Shown piece by piece: positions 1 to 8,001 of a stretch of DNA of 14,493 nucleotides. Within the stretch, counting starts at the first letter, position 1. Every line of letters starts with the position of its first letter. The stretch is from Octopus sinensis (taxonomy: Eukaryota), in the NCBI RefSeq assembly GCF_006345805.1, contig NW_021825812.1:1-14493 (forward strand), in the 5' to 3' direction. Below the pieces are notes generated by a model that saw only the letters and a program-made list of their open reading frames with translations, was not told the origin of the DNA and did not search any database. Position numbers and translations under genes: made by a program.

Positions 1-339
1 CAGGGTACACTGGTCCAGAGGGGATTACAATCCTATGGAGGAAATACTTGAAGTCTCTACTCCCAGGAATATGGGGCGGCGAAATGGATAAATGGATGGA
101 TTTCGTAGACTCTCGCCGAGCATTATTAGTACCGAAATACTGACCAGACTATGGGATGCTGTTATACACCGCTGGTCAGCCTTGGCTGGCCGAAGCTTCG
201 AAGTCACTATCAATAATATTCTCGTTTAGGAATAATATATTCGTACTCTACAAAAGTATAGAGAAACCCATCAGATTAAACAGTAAAACTAAGTTTATTA
301 TAACTGAACATAAAACCACACTTTAATATAAATAAAATG

Positions 340-451
340 TACACACACACACATAAACACACATTATGTGTATGTATATGTGTATTTATACAGATATACA
401 CATACATAAGTGTGTGGATGTGTATAAACACACAGACGCGCGCGCACACAC
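340..451. repeat. Degenerate (CA)/(TG)/(TA)/(CG) dinucleotide microsatellite
   Basis: Direct reading: acacacacac, tgtgtatgtatatgtg, gacgcgcgcgcacacac. Confidence 0.85.
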
Positions 452-735
452 AATGATAAATATCGGCGACAACTATGATTGTCACACGCTGACGAGAGGT
501 CAATACCTCGAAACTCGAGTCCGTGTGTATCATAAGTTGAAGACGGGAAGGATGACTTCCCTTTGCAAATACTGACAGGACACAGATAGTGTGTCTATGG
601 CCAGCTGGAGGAGTGTGTCCTCCTGGGGCTAAAAACTACAGTAGCATCCACCCTTAGGGGTTAGCCATATTGAAATGGCAAAAATACGTCACGATGTGTT
701 ACCGCTACTGTATATAACTCACTTTGATATTTATC

Positions 736-738
<3 letters not shown>
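452..738 (+). mobile_element. ~287-bp non-coding hammerhead-bearing element bounded by 13-bp inverted repeats (Penelope-like terminal repeat or retrozyme-like unit)
   Basis: AATGATAAATATC (452-464) is the exact reverse complement of GATATTTATCATT (726-738). It contains a hammerhead at 470-539 and several hairpins, and has microsatellites on both sides. The element class is inferred. Confidence 0.6.
470..539 (+). ncRNA. Type I hammerhead ribozyme, canonical core, GUC cleavage site (predicted cut after 521)
   Basis: Stem I CACACG 483-488 / CGTGTG 522-527; core CTGACGA 489-495; stem II GAGG/CCTC with loop TCAATA; GAAA 510-513; stem III AC-TCGA-GT; C17 = 521. Stem I extends past an internal loop: CAACTATGAT 470-479 pairs with ATCATAAGTTG 529-539 with one bulged A. 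Confidence 0.92.
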
Positions 739-787
<49 letters not shown>

Positions 788-798
788 TAAATAAATAA

Positions 799-848
<50 letters not shown>

Positions 849-855
849 ATATATA
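739..855. repeat. (AT)n-(AAAT)n-(AT)n compound microsatellite
   Basis: Direct reading. Confidence 0.95.
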
Positions 856-1044
856 GCTGTACGCATTAATAAAGTGAGATCTGAAGTAGAACAGTGGATA
901 TGGTATTTAAATATGTCGGCTTCTTTGGTTGGCCTGCGTGACTGGCGACGTTGTTGGTCAGACGACTGGTCACGAGAAAAGCGCAAAAAAGCATAACAAG
1001 CACACACACGAACGCACACGCACGCACACACACACACAAACAAA

Positions 1045-1250
1045 CGAAGAACAAACACACAAACAAGAAAAGAAACGCGAGGACGTGGTCCATGTAAAGA
1101 ATGAGCAGACGCTCAGGGAAGGAAAGAAAGGTGGTTTTACGTTTCGAGCAAAGCTCTTCTTCAGAAAAAGGAGACGGAGGAAAGTCAAATAGAAAAGGAA
1201 GACGGAAGGGATAAAAATCGCCGACGATTCACATGTGGTTACATTTTGAA
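1045..1250 (-). mobile_element. Penelope-like terminal-repeat fragment carrying a minimal hammerhead
   Basis: On the minus strand a pyrimidine-rich tract precedes a hammerhead core, followed by ...CCTGAGCGT... and a GT-rich end. The same layout and the CCTGAGCGT motif recur at 6290-6452. Boundaries are approximate. Confidence 0.55.
1135..1167 (-). ncRNA. Minimal type I hammerhead ribozyme motif (intact core, extra A after A9, GUA site)
   Basis: Minus strand reads TTT-CTGAAGA-A-GAGC-TTT-GCTC-GAAA-CGTA-AAA. Stem II is 4 bp, stem III is the palindrome ACGT, and stem I is only 3 A-U pairs. Confidence 0.75.
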
Positions 1251-1261
1251 ATGCATACATA

Positions 1262-1477
1262 CGGGATGGGCTATTCTACCAGAAGAAAATTCTAACTGGG
1301 CCCCACCTGTAAGGTCATGTGCTGTTTATCTTGATATGAGATCACCATGTTGCGCACATATGGTTGTGATGCATGTGCCTGGTGTACCCTTATCAGACGG
1401 GTAGTTATGATGGGTTTACTGGGCTTCGTATAGTTTACCCCAGTGTCACTTTGATGGCATACACTGCTCTCTCACTC

Positions 1478-1478
<1 letters not shown>
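1262..1478 (+). mobile_element. 5'-truncated copy of the 550-bp (AAT)n-tailed retroposon (element A)
   Basis: About 93% identical by hand alignment to the reverse complement of 8001-8216. Ends ...CTCTCTCACTCA followed by (AAT)n. Confidence 0.88.

Positions 1479-1543
<65 letters not shown>
1478..1543. repeat. (AAT)n microsatellite shared as a tail by two convergent elements
   Basis: Pure AAT run between element A (+) and a SINE (-). Confidence 0.95.
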
Positions 1544-1544
<1 letters not shown>

Positions 1545-1748
1545 TTTTCTATTCTAAACACAAGGCCCGAAATTTAGTGGTGGGTTGCCAGTCGATTAGA
1601 TCAAGCCCAGTACGCAACTGGTACTTAATTCATCGACCCCGAAAGGATGAAATGCAAAGTCGACCTCTGCGGAATTTGAACTCAGAATAGCGAAATACCT
1701 CTAAGCACTTCGCCCAGCGTGCTAACCTTTCTGCCATCTCACTGCCTT
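1544..1748 (-). mobile_element. tRNA-derived SINE with conserved central domain and (ATT)n tail
   Basis: Minus strand: A-box-like TGGCAGAAAGG, B-box GAGTTCAAATTCC, then GTCGACTTTGCATTTCATCCTTTCGGGGTCGATGAATTAAGTACCAG, which resembles the Meta-type SINE central domain (from recall). Confidence 0.85.
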
Positions 1749-2309
1749 CAAAACAGGAACATATTGCGCAAGAATTGAAAAATAAATGTCTGACCAGTAA
1801 AGACCTCCAGTTATTTTTGAAAGTGAAAGGTCTTATGCCATAATTTAGACCAGTCTTTAAGTTTTACAAAACTAACTGACGCATTAAAAACTTAATTAAA
1901 CAAATGACGAGCTAAATTTACTTCATGATATCAACAATTAGAATACGGATTACAATAAACCCAGTCTTCGACGATTAGCAGCCAATTTATATATAATTGA
2001 CATATTTTAATATAAGCTGTTACTTCTTTGCATTATCTCCATAGTTTTCAGGCTACATAAAAGTAACTTATGATAATGAGTACGGTTGGGGTCAGTGAAG
2101 CAGAGCTGCCTGTTCGTTAAAATACGTTTAAACGGCGGCCCTGGCACACTGACACACTAACACTTTGTCCTACTTTACTCGCGTTGTTTATTTTAATCCC
2201 GCTTTTGGCTTCCATCGCGCCATCAGGCAAATGGATACGCACTCGTAAGATGGCATGAAGTTCATCTAAGGGGACCCCCCCCTCTTCTCCATCCCTTCAC
2301 CTTCCTCCT

Positions 2310-2375
2310 ACTCCACCACCAGTACCACCAGCACCACCACGACCTACTACTACTACTACTAACACCACCACCACC

Positions 2376-2431
<56 letters not shown>

Positions 2432-2432
2432 A
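2310..2432. repeat. (ACC)n/(ACT)n trinucleotide microsatellite
   Basis: Direct reading; explains the poly-S/G ORF at 2262-2477. Confidence 0.9.
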
Positions 2433-2683
2433 ACCATCTTGCTTTGCCTTGCTTCTCCTCCTCTTCGTCGTCCTCATCCTCTCAGTATATCTTAACGTTC
2501 AATTGCCTAACAGATTTACCAGGTCTTTTGCTTCTACACAGTCACACACTGTCACACACATTCACACATAACCGCGCATGCGCTTACGCACATATATACA
2601 CACATATAAACACATACTAACACGCACAGTCGTAACTCTCTCACATTTGTGCGCGCGTGCTTATATATACATATATATATATT

Positions 2684-2715
<32 letters not shown>

Positions 2716-3140
2716 ACTTACTTGGGAGAGGATGCGTGGCGTTCGATCATATAATAATATAATAATAGATAAATATATGCAATATACATACATGAGTAGA
2801 TACTAATATATATGTATATATACATGCATATATGGGTACAGGACATTAAAAAAAATGTGGAACACAATGAGAAACGAAAACATAAAAACAAAAACATAAA
2901 AACGAACTTTTTTTCAAACAACAAAAAAACAACAGAGTACAAGACATACAACACAAGGAATATTCCCCTTCTTTAGTTGTCCATGTTTCATCTACTCCGC
3001 GTTCTGAAGGTAAGGACAAAACGCCACTACTTTGAAACAGTCCTTCCCGCAAAGCAAATTAAATAAAATTTGGGATTTTTTGCGGAGGGGTAAAAGTAGT
3101 AACAAGAACAGGACAGTAAGAACAAAACAGTAAAAAAAAA

Positions 3141-3404
3141 CGATGAGGGCTGTTAAGCCAAGACGATGGAAAAATTATTGTGAACGTTTAAGAAGACAGC
3201 TTATGAAAGAGACAGGATAAGCTGGTCTAATCTTGGTGAAGGTAGCACTCCTCGACTCTCTCGTCACTGACACGTGGTCAGAGGGGAACCATCTTTCCAA
3301 CTGCTATCTTCACCAAGACTAGATCAGCTTAAGATCTTTCATAAACTGTTCCCTTAAACGTTCACAATATTTCCCCCATCGTCTTGGCTTAACAGCCCTT
3401 ATCG
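3141..3404. mobile_element. Fold-back / MITE-like element with ~105-bp imperfect inverted arms
   Basis: 3141-3247 (CGATGAGGGCTGTTAAGCCAAGACGATGG...) aligns with the reverse complement of 3302-3404 (CGATAAGGGCTGTTAAGCCAAGACGATGG...), with a ~54-bp spacer. No clear TSD. Confidence 0.75.
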
Positions 3405-3732
3405 CTTGTATGTATGTACATACACATGTACATACATACACAACATGTATATAAATACGTACACAACATGCATATGCATACATACATGTAGATACATACA
3501 TGCATACATACACATGTACAAACTTATATACACAACGTGTATATACATACATACACAAAATGTTCATATATAAACACATAACATGTATATACATATATGC
3601 ACATATATACGTACATACACAAAATGTACATACATACATACATACAGACATACACAACATGTGTATACATACATACTACACCTCTATATACATACAAATA
3701 TACACATATACACAAGCATGTACATATAGACA
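3405..3732. repeat. Degenerate (TACA)/(CA)/(TA) microsatellite field
   Basis: Direct reading. Confidence 0.9.
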
Positions 3733-3736
3733 TAGT

Positions 3737-3991
3737 GGAGGCGGGTGGCTTTTTGGTTGGGGGTGTTGAACTCATGATCGTTAGGTTGTGGTTTCGATTC
3801 CTGGACCAGATGATGCGTTGTGTTCTTGAGCAAAACACTCCCTTTTACATCGCCCCAGTCCACTCAGTGGTCAAACATTAGTAATCCTGCGATGGACCGG
3901 CGTCCCGTCGAGGTGGGCAGTTTATACGCCATGAAACCGGGAAAGCGGCCATCGTGAGTCAGTATGACTCGAAAGGCTAACTTTACTTACT
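3737..3991 (+). mobile_element. tRNA-derived SINE (CORE-like and V-domain-like body), TTTAC tail
   Basis: Head GGAGGCGGGTGGCTTTTTGG, B-box GGTTTCGATTCC, then GTGTTCTTGAGCAAAACAC (CORE-like) and CTGCGATGGACCGGCGTCCCGTC (V-like). Domain names are from recall. Confidence 0.8.
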
Positions 3992-4173
3992 CTACATACA
4001 TACATACATATATACACATATAGATACATACATACATACATACACACATACATACATACATACAAACATACATACATACATACAAACATACACACATACA
4101 TACATACACACATACATACATGCACACATACATACATACATACATACATACATACATACATACATACATACAT
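3992..4173. repeat. (TACA)n microsatellite
   Basis: Direct reading. Confidence 0.95.
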
Positions 4174-4514
4174 GCTGGCTGCCCCCTCGTTATCGAGTAT
4201 GGCCATTGCACGAAGCTTAACTGTTACTGGTGCTGTGATCGAATGTGACATTTTATCCCAGCTAAAGATCTACAATGTCTTGTACAGAATTGGCAGCTAA
4301 AACCTTTACCGGCCAATAGCCGGCTGTAGTTGTGACTGGGATTCATGTACCTTTGCATGCCGCTTAAGTACTCCTGCCGAATTACACTCTCTTCCACATA
4401 ACTGACAGACATGATTAGTATGGTGTGTTACACCACCATCAGTGGCCAGGTTGTTACTCACCTTCTCGCTTTATGACTACGAAGATGACTCTTGAGGTCA
4501 GCTTTACTGAGGCA
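4174..4514 (-). mobile_element. RTE-like LINE 3' end: frameshifted ORF C-terminus with three C2H2 zinc fingers, short 3' UTR and (ATGT)n tail
   Basis: Minus-strand frames give CLSKADLKSHLRSH, HVCQLCGRECNSAGVLKRHAKVH and FSCQFCTRHCRSLAGIKCHIRSQHQ-stop (stop 4224-4226), then ~50 nt and the tetranucleotide tail. A CxxCxRxCxSxxGLxxHxRxH terminus with a tandem-repeat tail is typical of RTE-clade ORF ends. Confidence 0.72.
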
Positions 4515-4575
4515 TACATATATAAATACATACATACATACATACATACATACATACATACATACATACATACAT
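4514..4575. repeat. (TACA)n microsatellite at the 5' junction of the LINE fragment
   Basis: Direct reading. Confidence 0.95.
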
Positions 4576-5109
4576 GAAGCTACATGAGTTAGTGATGAAA
4601 CCGCAAAGAGAGTGCTCCACCTGTTAGAAATAGCAGCCAAATCTCAATCAGATCACATCCTAATGTTTTGGACAAAAGAAAAGAGACATTGCTCAGGAGG
4701 TATGTATACGGGGTATGTTTGTGTGTGTAGCGGGTATGTATGTATGGAGATATGTGTGTGTGTGTGATTTCTTCCAGGTATTTATGCTAGAGTACGACAA
4801 TCATAGTTGGAATGCCTTTCATCAAATGTTTTGTTTCAATGTACTTATGATATCAATAACTGAAATACGAATTACAATGGAACCAGTTTGGCTTCGACGA
4901 TTAGCAGCCATTTTGTACGTAAATTGGTGGCGGGGGTGGGGGTAGGGAGTGAATTGGCGGGTTTTAAATTAGGAAGACGAAGCATTACAAACACTTCTCT
5001 AATACAGCGAATTATATAATGAAATATCTTGTAAAATAAATCTGAGAAACAATACGCACTCACCCTCGCCAGTAACTGTGCCTACTTCCACAGGCACACG
5101 CTTGTATAC

Positions 5110-5195
5110 ACGCACACACATACATACACTACACACACATACACACTCACATACACACACATACACACACATGCACACAAACACACACACACTCG

Positions 5196-5222
<27 letters not shown>
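5110..5222. repeat. (CA)n followed by (TA)n microsatellite
   Basis: Direct reading. Confidence 0.9.
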
Positions 5223-5227
<5 letters not shown>

Positions 5228-5318
5228 AATAAGGATAAGGTCGTTAATATATAAATAAAATAAGGATTTTATCAAGTAGTCAGCGTGGAAAAAATAACCT
5301 TCCAAGGTAATAAATATT

Positions 5319-5450
5319 AAAATTATAAATTAAGGTATCTACGAGATACCACCATGCTGATATATGGACAACTTAGGTGGTTTTAAAGTCAGATCATGGC
5401 TGCTATTTTCAGCATGGTGGTATCTCATAGATACCCTAATTTGGAATTTA
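5319..5450. mobile_element. Small fold-back / MITE-like element with 42-bp inverted arms
   Basis: 5319-5360 versus the reverse complement of 5409-5450 match at 37/42. Each arm has the internal hairpin GGTATCT-nnn-AGATACC. Confidence 0.7.
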
Positions 5451-5605
5451 TATATATATATTCGGTAATTCTTACATTCTTAAGACTTGCATTAAGGCAT
5501 CTCTACCTGCCTGCCTACCTGTCTGCCTGCCTATCTGTGTGTCTGTCTTTCTGTGTGTCTTAATGCTCTATTCCCAAGCACGTCCTTATCTGTGTGTCAA
5601 CTAAT

Positions 5606-5644
5606 GAAGAAACACACACACAAACACACAATCATATATATATA

Positions 5645-5709
<65 letters not shown>

Positions 5710-5770
5710 GAATAAGTACGCATACACATACACACACACGTGCACATATATAAATATACACACATGGACA
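5606..5770. repeat. (CA)/(TA) microsatellite
   Basis: Direct reading. Confidence 0.9.
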
Positions 5771-6289
5771 TACAAACTTCAACATTCACCTGTGATCAGC
5801 CGTCTTTGATCATAAAAGATCCTTTAACGGAACAGCTGTCGCTTCAGGTACTTTGGCAATATCCAATCACATCAAATCAAATATCCTTCCCCTTCTCCCC
5901 TTGACATCCTCCTCCTCCTCCTTCTACCCATCATCACTATTATTCTCATAGTAGTCGTCGTTGCCTTTGTCACTGTCCTCACTCCTTATAAGGAGGTAGT
6001 ATAAACTTTCAAACACCCACACATACATATATACACGCGCGCGTAGAAGACGCTCATTATATATTCGCATACATGTAGAAGCGAACTCAGAGCACTAGCA
6101 TTGAGTAATGTCCAATATCTCATATCCTGAAACTGCAGAGATCAGCGCATTTGAGAGGCTAACAGTTTCATTTTGCGATTCTCCCATACGGAGAGAATAT
6201 TTTGTTGAGATGCGAACAAAGCGGAAAGTATGCAATACACGAAATAGATACACACACACACACACACAAACACACATACATAGATATAA

Positions 6290-6452
6290 ATATTTCTCTC
6301 CTTGTTTTTTTCTCGCCTTTTTTTCTCTCTCCTTGTTTTTTTTTCTGTGTCCCTTCCTGTAGAAGAGCGTAGGCTCGAAACGTGAAAGACTTTTCTATTC
6401 CTGAGCGTTATACTAATACATCTGTTTGTTGTCTACACCACCTGTTTTTTAG
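6290..6452 (+). mobile_element. Penelope-like terminal-repeat fragment with a degenerate hammerhead (6354-6390)
   Basis: Pyrimidine tract, then CTGTAGA-A-GAGC-GTAG-GCTC-GAAA-CGTG-AAAGAC and CCTGAGCGT, ending at (AT)n. The core has A6>T and a non-cleavable G17. Confidence 0.6.
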
Positions 6453-6454
6453 TA

Positions 6455-6460
6455 AATTCT

Positions 6461-6508
<48 letters not shown>

Positions 6509-6630
6509 GATATTTATATATATATATATATTATATATAATATATACATACATACATACATATATATGTATATGTGTGTGTGTGTGTGTGTGTATGTGTG
6601 TGTGTGTGTGTGTGTGTGTACATATATGTA
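6455..6630. repeat. (TA)n/(TG)n microsatellite
   Basis: Direct reading. Confidence 0.92.
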
Positions 6631-6733
6631 TAATTGGGTTAAGCAGTTGATTAACCACCCATTGAAAATTTAAAAATAGCAACCAAAAGCCGCTTATTCC
6701 TGTTTTATGAATTCATACTCATACCAGTAATAA

Positions 6734-7805
6734 CACAGTACAAAATAATGAACATTATTTCGACTACAGAGATGAGAATAACTTTTTCTGGGATAGTTTT
6801 ATGCGTAGATCACGAAAATGGCAGCCGTTTCTCACAGAATTACTCCAGTTCATGGTAATTCGGCTTTTAAACATTAGGATGTTTTTATAATTTTAATTTT
6901 CTTTTTTTATTTTTCAGATTTTCAGAGAAAGTAACTATAAAATAGTTATAAATCTTAGATCTTTAATTAGAATAAAAATTGCATTAAAATGCCAAGAGGG
7001 CAGTGTAGAAATCACCCAGACAAATTTTATTATATCTGTGGTGCTGTGACATTCCAGAAGAACGCAAGAAACGTTACACAGTTTTACTCATATTTTGGTG
7101 TCAAGATAGGAGACCAAGATAAAAGTTGGGCACCACATATCTGTTGCACAACATGTACCAATGGTCTATCAAAATGATCTTTGAGAAAGTCAAGAAGTAA
7201 GCTGTTTGGCATTCCAATAATTTAGCGTGAACCAGAAATAGGTTCACATAACGTTATACGTGAACCATCAGTCCCTAAGGAGAAGATATGCCTCCATTGC
7301 ATATTAAATTAGATTTTATCAAACGGTTTGTTAAGAAGTTAAATCTAGAAGAGCCGCCATTTTTGTACTTGAAAACCAAGTTTCCCAAACTAAGCCATGC
7401 GAAAATAAAAGAAGAGGTGTTTGTTCGTCCCTAAATTCGGCAACTTTTGACGGACAATAATTTTGAAATTACCTTAAATGTATTGGAAATGGATGCAAGG
7501 CAAAGTTTCAGAAACGTGTGTAATGGTCTACTTGGGAAGCACAGAGCAGCGAACTATCAAGTACTTGTAGAAGAGTTGAGTGATTCGTACAAATCATTAA
7601 GGTGTGATATGTTAAAAGTTCAAGATTTGCATTCGCATCGAGCTTTATTTCCTCAGAATGCAGCAGACGTCAGCGACGAACATGGTGAAAGATTCCACCA
7701 AGACATAAGTGAAATGGAACCTCGATATATAGGGAAGTGGGGTCCCGCCATACTTGCTGACTTTTGCAGGTTTCTTCAGAGAGATAGACCTGATGCTATA
7801 CATAG
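6734..7805 (+). mobile_element. Chapaev (Chapaev3-like, CMC group) DNA transposon relic; left end present, right end not found
   Basis: Probable CAC-initiated terminus CACAGTACAAAA at 6734, AT-rich leader and the transposase remnant. Interrupted at ~7805 by a hammerhead-tailed insertion. Confidence 0.7.
6989..7805 (+). pseudogene. Inactivated, internally deleted Chapaev-type transposase
   Basis: Motifs CRNHPDKFYYICG, YFGVKIGDQDKSWAPHICCTTC, FGIPII*REP, PPLHIKL, FPKLSHAKIKE, LHSH..LFPQN..DVSDEHGERFHQDISEMEPRYIGKW. Stops at 7175, 7223 and 7432; 1-nt frameshift at ~7288. Confidence 0.85.
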
Positions 7806-7964
7806 GAATTATATACATTATTTACAATATTTACATTTGGCGGATATTTCTCCTCATCTTGTTTCTTGTTATACACAACGTTTCGGCTGATATACCCTCC
7901 AGCCTTCATCAGGTGTCTTGGAGAAATTTCATACCTGGATTCTCATTCCTAAGGTATTTTTTGA

Positions 7965-7968
<4 letters not shown>
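7804..7968 (-). mobile_element. Penelope-type 3' segment with hammerhead, preceded by (AAT)n on its own strand
   Basis: Minus strand reads (AAT)n-AACATCAAAAAATACCTTAGGAATGAGAATCC...hammerhead...ATGTAAATA-type repeats. It truncates the Chapaev ORF. Confidence 0.65.
7873..7916 (-). ncRNA. Minimal type I hammerhead ribozyme (intact core, extra A after A9, GUU site; predicted cut between 7877 and 7876)
   Basis: Minus strand reads ACAC-CTGATGA-A-GGCTG-GAGGGTATAT-CAGCC-GAAA-CGTT-GTGT. Stem I 4 bp, stem II 5 bp, palindromic stem III AACGTT. Confidence 0.87.

Positions 7969-8000
<32 letters not shown>

Positions 8001-8001
<1 letters not shown>

Noticed and set aside
1-275. Unique GC-richer stretch with short open frames and a TGACCAG/CTGGTCA inverted repeat
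   Set aside because: I translated all six frames and recognised no protein motif or ribozyme core; it is left unassigned.
470-4810. 14-nt inverted match CAACTATGATTGTC (470-483 versus ~4796-4809)
   Set aside because: About one such match is expected by chance in a window this size.
5058-5101. Possible minus-strand micro-exon ending at a G|GTGAGT donor
   Set aside because: The acceptor is weak and lies in a GT microsatellite, the peptide is unrecognisable and there are no supporting neighbouring exons.
1135-7916. Cross-family heterodimer of the two minus-strand hammerheads through their shared ACGU palindrome
   Set aside because: A double hammerhead also needs stem I pairing between partners; ACAC/AAAC and UUUU/GUGU are not complementary.
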